Numbered from the stretch's first letter, positions 1 through 12,849 are shown. The stretch is 64,000 bases of DNA from Laetmonice hystrix (GCA_965235115.1 OZ249436.1:32924001-32988000), one strand, 5' to 3'. Translations and numbers: made by a program. The notes: generated from the letters alone by a model not told the origin.

Positions 1-1646
1 GTTTTCGAGTTATAGGCCATAGAACATACCAATGACGTCATTATGACGTCATACGTCACGCTACCTAATAAACGTTGGTGTCAATTGAAAGAGCATGTAT
101 GACTTCCTATTCATGTTCAATAGTAACCATGGCTTTATCTCCCACCGTTTAAGAGTTACAGGCCCTAGAAGATATCGATGACGTTATTATGACGTCATAC
201 GTCACGCTACGTCATCAAACTTGGCCTCAATTGAAAGAGCATGTAGGACTTCCTATTCGTGTTCAATAGTAACTATGGTCCTATCTTGCACTGTTTTCGA
301 CTTATAGGCCATAGAAGATACCAGTGGCGTCATTATGAAGTCATACGTCACGCTACCTAATAAATGTTGGTGTCAATTGAAAGAGCATGTATGACTTCCT
401 ATTCATGTTCAATAGTAACCATGGCTTTATCTCCCACCGTTTAGGAGTTATAGGCCCTAGAAACTATTGATGACGTCATTGTACGTCATGACGTTACGTC
501 ATGTGACGTCATGACTCATTGCCAAATCAGAGTTGGTGACTATCAACATGTCCACCAAGTTTGACTTAGATATCTTGAAAAACGAGCGAGATATGACTCC
601 TGGCGTCATTATTACGTCATACGTCACGCTACCTAATAAATGTAGGTGTCAATTGAAAGAGCATGTATGACTTCCTATTCATGTCCAATAGTAACCATGG
701 TTTTATCTCCCACCGTTTAGGAGTTATAGGCCTTAGAAAATATTGATAACGTCATTATGACGTCATACGTCACGCTACGTCATCAAACTTGGCTTCAATT
801 GAAAGAGCATGTATGACTTCCTATTCGTGTTCCATAGTAACTATGTTCCTATCTTGCACTGTTTTCGACTTATAGGCCATAGAAGATAGCAATGACGTCA
901 TTATGACGTCATACGTCACGCTACCTAATAAATGTTGGTGTCAATTGAAAGAGCATGTATGACTTCCTATTCATGTTCAATAGTAACCATGGCTTTATCT
1001 CCCAACATTTAGGAGTTATAGGCCTTCGAAAACATTGATGACGTCATTATGACGTCATACGTCACGCTACGTCATCAAACTTGGCGTCAACGGAAAGGGC
1101 ATGCATGACTTCCTATTCGTGTTCAATAGTAACTATGGCCCTTTCTGGCACTGTTTATGAGTTATAGCCATGAATAGCCAAATTGACCACTGTTCAAAAC
1201 TTTGAAGTCACGTGACTCAGCGAATATAGGTCAAATCAATTGTACCGAGCCGGATTCCTTTGAAACTCTCCTTAGAGATTATCCCTGTGCAATTTCATAA
1301 AATTTTAATGAAAATTGAGGAAGAAGTAGGGATTTAAACATTTTCTGACCTTTGACCTAGTTTTATGACATGTCTGAGGTCAAAGGTCAAAATATTTGCA
1401 AAATATGAATTAGGTCCTTGCCCAATTCTAACAGTGTCATTAGTTCTTGGAAAATGTCCATATTGACTTTGAAAACCGTCCAAATAATCACAACACGAAT
1501 GACCTCATGACGTCATGACGTTACGTCATGTGACGTCATGACTCATTGTCAGATCAGAGTTGGTGACTATCAACCTACTCACCAAGTTTGACTTAGATAT
1601 CTTGAAAAACAACTGAGTTATGACCGAGTTATGACCCCTGTTAACA

Positions 1647-1732
<86 letters not shown>

Positions 1733-1808
1733 GCAAATAATAATAATACGGAAACCGAAACCAGACAATTTCTAGATCCCATCCCCTGGATAGGGGATGG
1801 GATAATAA
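1..1808. mobile_element. Helentron/DINE-like non-autonomous element (cut by the window start) with a 146-bp tandem array, a (TAC)n tract and a terminal hairpin
   Basis: gacttcctatt recurs at 101, 247, 393, 669, 815, 961, 1107; microsatellite about 1647-1732; 12-bp-stem hairpin 1776-1803 followed by aataaa. Confidence 0.65.
1647..1732. repeat. (TAC)n microsatellite
   Basis: Perfect trinucleotide run of about 28 units. Confidence 0.98.
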
Positions 1809-1818
1809 ACAGCGTTAC

Positions 1819-1942
1819 CTGCATTGGCGTGCTGACAGCCGACAGCGCCGTGAAGCCACAGATGTCGGAGAAGTAAATCGTGGTCGACTGGAAAGTTTCC
1901 GGGACGACAGGCTCTCCACGGACGAGCTGGTCAGCGACCGAC
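1819..1942 (-). CDS. rGC exon, start of cyclase domain ([41 protein letters not shown])
   Basis: ctcccgcacag acceptor, CAG|gtaacg donor; metal-binding Asp in YFSDI. Confidence 0.97.
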
Positions 1943-2121
1943 CTGTGCGGGAGAGAAACAAACCAAACACGAATGGCGACGGACGCTGGATATCTAGACC
2001 CTAACAAAGGCAGCCAGAAAGGTCCTAAAGCCACTATACGTTCTTTGCAATTATATCCCATACATGCTAAGTAAAAGGTAAGAATATAGTTTGATACTAT
2101 AAGTACAGAAGTGAGAAAAGT

Positions 2122-2283
2122 GAGTGAGAGAGGAGAGGAGAAAGAGACAGGGAGAGAGAGAGAGCGAGACAGATAGAAGGGGAGAGAGAGATGGAGATAG
2201 ATAGATAGAGACATAGAGAGGGAGAGAGACATAGAGGGGGAGAGAGAGATGGAGAGATAGAGACATAGAGATGGAGAGAGATA

Positions 2284-2328
<45 letters not shown>
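2122..2328. repeat. (GA)n-rich compound microsatellite
   Basis: Degenerate GA/GATA/GACA run ending in perfect (GA)n. Confidence 0.95.
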
Positions 2329-2333
<5 letters not shown>

Positions 2334-2353
2334 AATACGTTGATGGTACGAAC

Positions 2354-2494
2354 CGTGGTAACATACGATGGAGAAGTCCCTCCGTCTTTTTCTTCTCCTC
2401 TATCAGTTGTTCAGTACGTTCGACCACAAGGTCCTCCAGGTTGAGCTGGTACCTTTCCATCATCTCCATCATGTTGTCCATGATATTCGACTTC
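2354..2494 (-). CDS. rGC exon, coiled-coil helix ([27 protein letters not shown]...HRMLPR)
   Basis: gtgttaacag acceptor, CG|gttcgt donor; NLE.LV.ERT and MLP motifs; phase 2 to 2. Confidence 0.96.
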
Positions 2495-3574
2495 CTGTTA
2501 ACACACCAAAAGCTCGGTTTCTACTCCTATCCAGCCAATGTACAAAATTCAAATCAAAATGAAAAAAATATTTTTTTTTTGAACTAGCTTTTGTGATTTT
2601 TTTGGATTAATGTTGACATGCTTTCCCCTTTACACGTGGGGGAGGAGGAAAAAAGCGCCCCATTTAAAGAGAATAAGTTTTTATAGTGAAGGATTACGTT
2701 TCTTTGTGAGCACACTGTATAGAAGCACAATATTTCAGTCCCTCACATGACGGCTCTGTTTACCACGTGAGGCGGGTTGGATTAGCGTATTGAGAGAAAG
2801 TGAAGGGCAATCGTGCCCCTAATCTGTAAATGGAAGGCCCAGATAAAGCCTTCCACGCCTCCAGCGCTAATGTTTAGGATTGTATAGATAGACGATTATC
2901 CCACGGGCCGGAGTTTTCCTTGGAGAACACATCTCAGAGAAGTAGGTATAAGTCTCCTTATTATTCCTATAGACAAGGGGCGGTCGGCGGTAATCACCCC
3001 TTTGATTCTACAGCATTCTGGTCTATATTTCAGTTAAAAAAGGCAAATTCTGATTTATTCCATTGGAGAAAACTGTATTGTTTAGCAATATCTGGCTGTA
3101 TACTCGCTGGAATCACAGCATGGCGCAATCAATGACATTGTTTGGCAATAAAATTCCGTCATTGAGGCCATTGTATCGTATCGGGGACGGCAGTGGGTGG
3201 GGATGGGGATGCATGGGGTGGGGGTGCATGGGGTGGGGGTGGGGGTGCATGGGGTGGGGTTGCGCGTTCCGAAAGATGGAAAACGACAGTATTAATGTAG
3301 TCCTATAGAGACAGAATGACATCACGACACTGAACAGACTGCCCAACCACTTGGGGCGGAAAGATAAAAAATAAATGGTTGTATCGAGGACGTCGGACGC
3401 TTCGGCCTGATGATTTGACCAAGGAATTCCTCAATCCCTTAAAACCCCATGCCCTCAAGGATTATTTCTGGGGATACAGTGCTTTTGTAATTGCACCAGC
3501 TGCAGGGGCTCGATTCAAGCATGTCTATGATTGCGACGACAGGTGGGATTGGAAGAGGCTGGACTAATTACATA

Positions 3575-3825
3575 TAGGGTGTCCAAAAAAGGGAGGGGGA
3601 GAAAATGTAACGAGGAAGCAGTTATAGGTATTATCTTGCAATGGTTGGTTATAGTCGGGAAGAAAACCTATAATATTGAGCGTGACCTTGAGAACGTTTG
3701 TGTTGGAGTAGGTTGTACAAAGAACATCCATGACCATTAGCTTCAGTTGAGGAATGACTTTTGGTACAGATGCAAGGGACAATAATTATGTCCTAAAGGT
3801 ACCAACCAATTTTTAGGACACCCTG
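3575..3825. mobile_element. Tc1/mariner-like MITE
   Basis: TA|tagggtgtcc...ggacaccctg|TA termini. Confidence 0.6.
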
Positions 3826-4695
3826 TATATCTCAGCTGGTGAATACAAGAAAGACGTTTACTGGAGATAATGAGGGAAACAGCAAGCGGTAACCCTAATA
3901 TTTCCCATCCGTCTTCTCGTTCTAATCGGGTGCAATGAAGGTAGATTGGAAAATAATCCGTGCCATTGGCCCTGAAGGCAGGCAACCGTCCCCATTGTGA
4001 GCAAGTCACGTTTGGCATGGCGCTTTCAGGAAATCTACTCGAAGTTAATGCGAGGCTCCAGGAAGTTCGATGAACTTTAGCTCAGGACTATGTCTCGCGA
4101 CCTTTAGGCACCGTTGTTGCCAGGATACCTTGATTGGCATAGTTATTTCCAATTAAAGCCAACACTAAAAGAAACTCTAATATTTGCCATCAACCCACTT
4201 TGAACTGGTATCGCCTAACTCTATAACTGGGCGACGTGTATGCGACTCTCTTCTGTTTTTTTTCTCACTGCTTAATTCTATATTTCGATTTCCACTTAAA
4301 ACGATGATACCCATTTGCAAAAGGTTCATAGCAAATAGAAATTCTACATCGTAGATTCTATTCTTTAAAATTAAAGGGTATCGCAAGGCAAATCGAACCA
4401 TGGGTAAGGCTCTTTACTTGCTTAATTTGGTGAATGGGAGTCTTACGAATGCCGCATTTACCTCTTAATTTCTTTAATTTCAGTGAAACAATCCACAAAC
4501 ACCCTTTGCTCTACAAAACACGTGTACGAAAGTATGCATGTACGTTGTACCATAATTAACGATAAAGTTCCCAAAAATAACATAAGGAAACTTAACAAAA
4601 GTAATATTTTATTAATGGACCGGCGCCGAAAACTAATTAAGGATGTAAACATAACCCATGCAGGGTCCAGCAGCTCAGCCGGGCTCTATACCTAC

Positions 4696-4873
4696 ATGCC
4701 CTGTCGCATTGGTTTGAGGCTCGAACGGATGGCCCGGAAATCTGGCCGAACTTCGGGAATCTCCGACCAACAGTCGTTCATGACGAGCAGGAGGTAATCT
4801 TGACAGTCGAGGGACGCCGTGTCCGGCCGGAAGTAAGGTCGCGAGCTGCCGTCGTGCACCTTTGTAATGATTG
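4696..4873 (-). CDS. rGC exon, KHD end (AIITKVHDG...PYFRP...MNDCWSEIPEVRPDF...RQGM)
   Basis: gtttggacag acceptor, AT|gtaggt donor; CW.E.P..RPDF motif; phase 1 to 2. Confidence 0.95.
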
Positions 4874-5747
4874 CTGTCCAAACAAACCGCGAGGAGAACA
4901 TGTAAGCTTAGACTGCCGCGGACATTATTACTGTGCTATACAAGAAACACGACACCGTACTAATCAGTGATGATTGCGACGGTATGAGAATTAAAAGTCG
5001 TGTATTATGCTTGCATTTACATCTACACACACCCAGCTTACAAAAGGGAACACTGTGGCAATAGTCTCGATTTCTCTGTGGAATGAGTCGGGGTACTGAT
5101 CCCTCATCATGAATGCTTCATTTGGTCGACATCGTCGGACAACAAAGGATGTCAGAATATCCATTATTGCCTCATTGGATATGATCTCTTTCTTATGTAA
5201 TTACATTTCCGTCTACTGATAAGATTACCTGAAAGGTACACAACATAATATTCCTTCTTACATGACTTTTATGAAACTATCACATATTAATTATGATCAA
5301 TAAAGGTATTGTGAGGACATATAAAACTTAACTGCTGTATTTTCCTGTCAATTAATATCGACGAATTAAGGATGTCGGCAAGTGAACAAAAGCGATGGTA
5401 AAAATGTTGTTCTTTTTTATTTGCTAGCATGTTTGTTGTGGACATTTTTTAGTTTCCATGTTAGTTATTATACATTTTGTAAAATCTGGCACATCAAAAT
5501 CCCGTTTCGAGCCCCCCCCCCCCTAAGAAAATTTGCTGGATACACCCCTTCGGTCGCCACTAGGGGCAGCACCAGTGTCCCGCGAACATCCTTGACAGAG
5601 CCATTACGACCTGACGGAAAAACTCACCAAATTAAAATACACTCCCCGCAATCTCCCTGCGGTGGCCACGTGCATCTACTTTTTTCTAACATCAATTTCG
5701 AATTGGATTAGGATGGAAGAAGGTGTAAACATTTTAATTAAGCGCAC

Positions 5748-5897
5748 CTTTCGGGGAGAGGTCCGTGTCCCCGTAGGGCCCCGCTCTGCCGATTATTTCA
5801 TACAGTATGATCCCAAAGGCATACACGTCTCCTTTCTGTGTTCCACGCCGAGGAGGTACGCGCATCCGTAGGAGTTCCGGGGCCGTCCATAATTTGT
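5748..5897 (-). CDS. rGC exon, KHD ([11 protein letters not shown]...[17 protein letters not shown]...LSPK)
   Basis: tatattacag acceptor, G|gtgcgc donor; phase 1 to 1. Confidence 0.96.
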
Positions 5898-6231
5898 CTG
5901 TAATATATAAAGGCATAATTTTGTTTATTTGATATATTTGATATTATAATTATATTTGTGGTTCCCTTAGAGATAGGTGTATAATGTAGGCACCGGGGAT
6001 AGGCCTAACCTGAATTTCCATTCAACCGCTAGTGTAATTCACGTTATACCTAAGGTCGTCCTGAAGACTACCTCAATGGTACCTTCTCTGCTTTTTGTAA
6101 AAAAAAGTACCTATTGGCATCTCTTCAGACTATCGGTAAGATATAATATGACGAACCCATCAATGGTATCATAATATTAACATTAACTGATGTTTGTGAC
6201 ATTGTATTTACAGGCTAGACAGACAAGAGAG

Positions 6232-6634
6232 AGTGACCTACATGTAGCACTGAGCAGGTGACAAGTGACCTACATGTAGCACTGAACACGTGACAAGTGA
6301 CCTACATTTATGTAGTACTGACCAGGTGACAAGTGACCTACATGTAGCACTAAACACGTGACAAGTGACCTAACATGTAGCACTGAACAGGTGACAAGTG
6401 ACCTACATTTATGTAGTACTGAACAGGTGATAAGTGACCTACAATCATGTAGCACTGAATAGGTGACAAGTGACCTACATGTAGCACTGAACACGTGACA
6501 AGTGACCTAACATGTAGCACTGAACAGGTGACAAGTGACCTAGTAATATGTAGCACTGAACAGATGAAAAGTGACCTAACATGTAGCACTGAACACGTGA
6601 CAAGTGACCTACATGTAGCACTGAACACGTGACA
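6232..6634. repeat. Minisatellite, 12 units of 32-36 bp (agtgacctacatgtagcactgaacacgtgaca)
   Basis: Units counted directly; head-to-tail with small indels and no unique spacers. Confidence 0.95.
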
Positions 6635-7071
6635 AATCTGAATGATCTCGCTAATAGATGATTAAATTATCCGAAGAAAACGTAGTTGGGACATGAGGTT
6701 CGATGCTTTGTGAACAGATGTATCCTATCAACAGGAAATGCTTTCAGGACGCGCATTAATGGAACTCGTACACAACAGAAGTCTTGCTTATTGAATTCTT
6801 ACACAGAGCGGGGTTTATAATGAGCACGTTCGTCAAAGAATGAGAGATGATAGGAGTTCGAATGGAGATACTTTAGGATATTACGACATTACGGAGACTT
6901 GGTGGAATATAAAGTCCTGGTTCTAGATTATCCGTCCTAATAGATTCTCTGCGCTGCATGACAGACAGTGGAAACGTACCAGTGTGTAAAAATTACGCTC
7001 TAAAAAGGCTATTAGTAAAAGAAGTAACATGACCACATAATTCGTTAGCGATTCGTTACTTTCACACTAAC

Positions 7072-7231
7072 TTCGATAGAGAGCGTGTTCATTTTCCTCG
7101 TACTCGGTACTACGGAGTTCAGGTAGTCCAAAGTCGGCAACCTGCAGCGTCCAGCGCGAGTTGACGACACAGTTGGAAGACTTGAGGTTACCATGTGTGT
7201 GCAGCTCGCTGTCATGTAAAAATATCATACC
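7072..7231 (-). CDS. rGC exon, KHD ([36 protein letters not shown]...LYR)
   Basis: tttcctttgcag acceptor, A|gttagt donor; HGNLKSSNC pseudokinase motif typical of rGCs. Confidence 0.97.
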
Positions 7232-7386
7232 CTGCAAAGGAAAAGACAAACAGAAACATTGACCATGTTCAAACTAGTACAGACTTTGTTTGACCTTTTA
7301 ATTCAACCTTTACAGATGTAATAAAGTAGAAACCCAGACAAAACTGAAGCTCCCGCAACAGCTGTTGGATTTAATTATTTTTCCTG

Positions 7387-7626
7387 GGGCCCGTTTCATA
7401 GCTAAGGTCTAAAACGCGTTAATCAACGAAAAACGCGTTAAACCGTTGCATGACTAGTAAAGCGGGCGTTTACTTACGAAATTTTGCATTATTTGCGCGT
7501 TAAATGGATTTTATCATTTTATGAGTTATGAAACGGCGTTACGCAAAATGCGTTAAACTTCGCGCTAGTATATCAACGAGCGCGTACTTATTAACGCATT
7601 TTCTTAACGAGTTATGAAACGGGCCC
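7387..7626. mobile_element. PIF/Harbinger-like MITE
   Basis: TIR gggcccgtttcata / tatgaaacgggccc; CTG duplicated on both flanks. Confidence 0.85.
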
Positions 7627-7716
7627 CTGGTTCGCTAGTATGGACCACAAACTAAAGTGTAGCATTTCTAATATAGTACACATTACAATTACTAGATATT
7701 TCGATCATCTACTTAC

Positions 7717-7788
7717 CTGTGTAAGATCCATTACAAGGGTGGCAATAAACATCGAATCCAATTTAAGATCATCATTTTCCAGGATATC
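7717..7788 (-). CDS. rGC exon, KHD (DILENDDLKLDSMFIATLVMDLTQ)
   Basis: tttgtcctgtag acceptor, CAG|gtaagt donor; DILEN...KLD.MF motif. Confidence 0.96.
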
Positions 7789-10520
7789 CTACAGGACAAA
7801 ATCATACACCATACATAAGCGTACAGGGGTGTCAGGGGGTTCGAACTCTTTGGCCAACGGTGCACCTAAAATTTCAAGATTCAAGTTTTCTTTCGTAATT
7901 TTTCTTTTGGTAGCTCTGTGCTGGCCAGGTGCCCCCCCCCCCCCCCCCCCGCAAGTCGAATTCGACCCACCCTTGCATGGAAAATTCTGGGGACGCATAT
8001 GCTAGTGAAAATCATGATGTTGGTGTGGGTCATATGTCTGTTCTGATTACCCTGTATTGTCCTTGGAAGGAAAGGGCGCATTGGGATTATAATGTGGAGA
8101 GGGTGTTTTTGATTACAATGGGGCGTGGATCTGGAACGTTCGGCTTGCTTGTGCTGGAGACTTCTACTTCCGGTTTCTAACAGGAAACCGCTGGTTGGGA
8201 TTACTTTAGGATGCTCGGATTGTGAGATACTTTATGAACGGAAGGGGACGCGCCTCATGATGTGTTGTGAGGATAGAATGATGTATCTACACCTCGCGAG
8301 ATCAAGGCATGCCATGATGGGACTTGTATGTTTACAATGGTTGATACTCTTCGCGTTTCCTGACTCGAGCGACATGCACCTGTCGCGCTGACACAGACTT
8401 TACAATGTCGCAGACAAGGACGTTCCTACCAACACTGGCTCCGAGGCTGGAATTGAACTGTCATGGCTTCTGCCGCTTAATCTCCGGGGCACGATGCAAA
8501 ACAACATGTTTTTGTGGCCAAAGGTATTATGGGATAATGGACGAAAAAGACTGATCTTTCATAAGATCTAATGAAAATGTTGTTTTTGTCTGCTTGAAGC
8601 AATTTATTTCTTTTCGGGGACTATCTTAAGAGTGAGAACCCTCGGCTCCAAACGGTTCCTAAGTCTGACTCTTCTTATATAGTTCTAGCATGGGAAACCG
8701 GTATCCCTTAATGCTTCTCTCTTAAAGGAACCACGTCTAAATAATGACTTCATTAATGTTCAAAAATCCACTCAAGTGGGACTTCAAGTAGGGTTCACTG
8801 GAAATAAAATGAGTAAAAAAAAGAATAAATACGTAAATAAAAAAACAAACGCACTAGCGGTATAAGTTACGTTCCTACACGGAGAAAAAAAACACCTAGA
8901 ATTCAGCAGTCTTAGTATTTCCTGATTTGCTTTCGACGGTTCCACTAAGTGTGAACCCCTGGAGGACAGAGATACTTGTCTATACTTGTTTGGTCTTCCC
9001 CACGAGATATATAATTTCTGGGCCATCTGTTTACTCATATTAACATCGCAATTAGCTTTTGCTTAGAAAACCGTGACTGAAATTTTCTATTACATCACTG
9101 GCGGCAAAATGATGTGACGGGAGCTACAGTATTTCGATCCACCTATGCGTTGGAATTTGCAGTTTGTTATTGGACGACCGGATATACTTCAATGACGCTT
9201 GAATGCAAAATAATGCAAAGTATATGTCCATGACACATTAATATGACCAGGTGCCATACTTTTATAAATTTATAATTTTAATTTATATTCACCATACTAA
9301 ACACGTATTCGTGCTGGCGGGTTTACTTACTGCAAGAAGACACGCAGGCATATCCACAACAAAGTTGAGAAAATTTCCCATATTTACATATCGTGTGAGG
9401 AATTCTTCTTGGTGGTATAAAGTAATTTCACCAATCAAGCAACACGCATGCGTTGCTAACGTTGAAAATTGCTGGACATTTCAGCATCTAGTGTATGCTC
9501 TGAAATCAATTATGTCAATTTGGAAGGGTCGCTGGTTCCGGTTTCCATGCGCACGCACACTATTCCAGAGAGAGCCAGTGGGCACCGCTCTCACGAACCG
9601 TCACAAATCAGACCTTTGAATGAAATACAGTGTAAGTAACCTAACGGGAAATATTTCACGTTTCCTGCAGCATCTGTGGCCCTCAGCTGTCCAATTTACA
9701 ATCATTCGCCTAGCTTGTTGGCGTTCTTCACTTTACTTGGAAGTCGGGAGTGGGCGCCTGTGTTTCGTTAGTGTCGGGGCAATATATTTAGGCACGTGAG
9801 ACACGATTCAGATGGGACGGAAGCTCAGCCAAACAACGTTGAGTTATAGACGCAGTGATCAAACATGGCGTAAGGGCCTGGTTTCAAACCAATGGCATGC
9901 GTCGGCACACAAAGAAAACAGACGTATTTTTTACACTGAACCTTGTTTTTTACCGACTGCTGGGTATGCAGGCGATGCAGCGCCGATGATTAACTGCCCA
10001 AGATCACATATCACGCGCAATGAGAGCGGAGTCAACAGACAAACGTCATACGTGTTGAAAATGGCACTAAAGTTCGCGATCTTTAGAGTGTTGATGTTGG
10101 AAACTTTTCATTGACGATGACATAAGAACCGAAGTTTTTGTCTCATGGATCCACAGTTCTATACATCACTTCATTAAGGAGGTATAGACCCCATAAAGTC
10201 ATGTTATTGTAACCAAGCTGACGTTTACTTCTATAGCAGCTCCTTACATAGGTCTGATCGTGTGGCCCATGGATTTTGGTTATGCACCTTCTAAGTCCAT
10301 CATTCTAACACATGGTATGCTTAATTACTGTAATGCAAATCTTTCCTTATTGTGCTTAGATGTAATTTTAGAATGCTTCTTAAATATCGTATTCCATATA
10401 ACCAATTATCTCGTGTAAACAATCCATGTTCAATGCATCTAGGTTTTAGGTTATTCGGCTATATTTGCTGTCGAGTTGATTGAAATCCCTGGTGATCAAC
10501 GCCTCTTGGGTATGGCTTAC

Positions 10521-10625
10521 CTGGAGGGAACCTTTAGAGCAGTACTCTGTGACGATAATATAGTTGGGAGGATAAACGCACGCCCCAACAAAGGCATTCA
10601 CGTTCACCTGATGAAGATCACGCAT
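10521..10625 (-). CDS. rGC exon, KHD (MRDLHQVNVNAFVGACVYPPNYIIVTEYCSKGSLQ)
   Basis: ctttttcaccag acceptor, CAG|gtaagc donor; F.GAC and TEYC.KGSLQ motifs. Confidence 0.96.
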
Positions 10626-11660
10626 CTGGTGAAAAAGAAGAAAAACTCGGATAATGTCTGAGTAACTGATATTTTTTCACACATTCATTGCACAATTATA
10701 TCACGTTTTTGGCCACATTCATTAACACTACAATTACAGGGTGAGTACAATAAACGCTCTTTTTTTACTTCGTATTTCCCCCCTCGAAATATAAAAAAAG
10801 TGATTATGTATTTGGCTCTGTGATCATCTTGATATGGTTGATGAGCGCGTGAACTGAAATAATTATTCGTCTACGGCCTTGCATAACAAAGATAATACTA
10901 ACGCGGTACTTTGGAGGTGACAAAGAGCTTTATTGGCTGTCCTTTTACATACCAAGTAATAAAGAGCCGGGTTATTGTGAAAATAGGTATCTAGTTAGGA
11001 CTCGCTACGTTTCATAATATGATCGCATCTGCCTGGAACAATACCAAACTAGGATCGCTGTGGAAGAGCAGCCATTGCTCAGCCGTTCCTAAAGCCATCC
11101 AAAGTTATATTGAGATTCTCAGTCGTTTCTACAGTCATCTTTATATTCATGACTTGTGAATTTCACATCCGCCCCTCGGCGATTAACATTGAATTATTGT
11201 CAGATATTATTCCAGAGGAAATTCGCGACTCGATTTGCACTTTACAGGACTTGCTGATTTTGTTAACGGCAGACGCCGAATTACACTGAACTGGAATAGT
11301 TCTCTCACTAGAATATAAAAAATAGCGTTTTTTCATATCGTCTACAAGCAGACCTATGACAACAGATGTGATCGATTTTGGCATGTCCACAACAGCTTAT
11401 GTATTGGTATTTGCGGGTGTGACGGCAAACGGGTGTATTCTATAAGGAACGTAGAAATACCATTTCTCTACCTATCATTTATAGGTAAAAGCCTTTTTGT
11501 GAACTGGCGGGAGCAGGGGAGTGAAAGTTCGGTTATTAGTTCTCTTTTTAATAAGGTACACGAGTAAGTTAATGCCGATTGGTGTCGTTTTTTCTCCATT
11601 GAAAAGGGGGCTGTGTTAGTAAGTAGACATGTTAAAAGCTGAAGACTGGAATGGACACTA

Positions 11661-11969
11661 AGGCTGAGGCCACACTACAAGCTATAACTGTGCGACGAAA
11701 ATCATTGTATGAATTATTGTTTGGGTGGCCACACCATGAGCTGTGGCCGCGCGGTCGGTGCTAGCGATGAGCGACGCTTGACTTTTCAAAGTATATCGTC
11801 GCTCACAGCTCGAGCCCCGATATTTGACCTTTCGACCTCAAGAGGGAAACGCATGGACAGCCAGCGATTATCGCTTTTGGTGTGGCCACCATCGCCTTAC
11901 AGCTCAAAGCTTGGCTATCGCTTGAGCAATGCTACACCACAGCCGCAGCTCATAGTGTGGCCTCAGCCT
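11661..11969. mobile_element. MITE
   Basis: 17-bp TIR aggctgaggccacacta / tagtgtggcctcagcct with TA on both flanks. Confidence 0.8.
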
Positions 11970-12028
11970 TACTGGGTAACTAAACTTCGATGGCAGTATG
12001 TATGACATACTATACAAACTATACTTAC

Positions 12029-12184
12029 TAACTTCATCTCTATTTTCATCTTGGAAGTTAGATCAAAATTCTTTCGAGTGTACTTCTTCAAGGCCACCAC
12101 TTGTCCTTTGTATGTCCCCGTCTTGATGAATATTTGGGCAAGTGAGATGCGCGAGTCAGTGGACCCCTGTGTCGTCAAGGTCGC
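12029..12184 (-). CDS. rGC exon, kinase-homology domain start (ATLTTQGS...GTYKGQVVALKK...EMKL)
   Basis: ttttcgaacag acceptor, TTA|gtaagt donor; 52 codons. Confidence 0.94.
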
Positions 12185-12716
12185 CTGTTCGAAAACATAA
12201 GGGAAGCAGATTATATATACACTAGAATCAACATCCTTGTGTCTTCAGCCTACATTGACTGAGGCGTGGCAAGGGTTATGATTGCCAGAGGGAGATCGGT
12301 AGCTAATCTGATTGAAATTACATGTTCCATCAATATAATACTTACGATGGTCGTAATTCTGGTTGAATTTTCTTCGAATGCGGGTCAAAAGCACGCATCA
12401 ATAACTTACATTTATTTGGTCAATTTGACAGATTCACGTGATTTCAAAGTTTTCCCTATAGCCAATGTATTCAAAAACTGTTTTTGTAAGTAGTATATGG
12501 AAAGAAGGGCTTGAATCAGGGTTAGTAGAGAGGTTTTTGAATGAGTGTATGTTTGAAGTACGTGCGTCTGAGTAATGACAAGTGGAATAGCGGGATGATT
12601 TGACGACTTTCAGCCGTAGTCGTGTTAATTAACTGGACATAAGGAAGGTTGAGTAGGAGGAGAGAAGACGTATGTAGGGCGTAGAGAAAGTTCCCTTCAG
12701 GTATCTTGTGCCATTA

Positions 12717-12849
12717 CAGTGGCGGAGGGGGTATGGGGTTGTACCCTCTTTCTTTTTTTCTGGTTGATAGGTTCAAACCAAACATACACAACCCCCCTTG
12801 GAAACTTGGCGCCCCCCACACCCCTGGCGCCAAACTGGATCCGCCCCTG
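12717..12849. mobile_element. Short hAT-like MITE with 5-bp TSD
   Basis: catta|cagtggcgga...tccgcccctg|catta. Confidence 0.7.

Noticed and set aside
1526..1876. Poly-Val and poly-Tyr ORFs
   Set aside because: Translations of the (TAC)n microsatellite
1729..2481. 250-aa ORF as a single-exon gene
   Set aside because: It is two real exons joined by an in-frame intron with canonical GT-AG sites
6232..6634. CRISPR-like array (32-36 bp periodicity)
   Set aside because: Units are head-to-tail with no unique spacers, there are no cas genes, and the context is a eukaryotic intron
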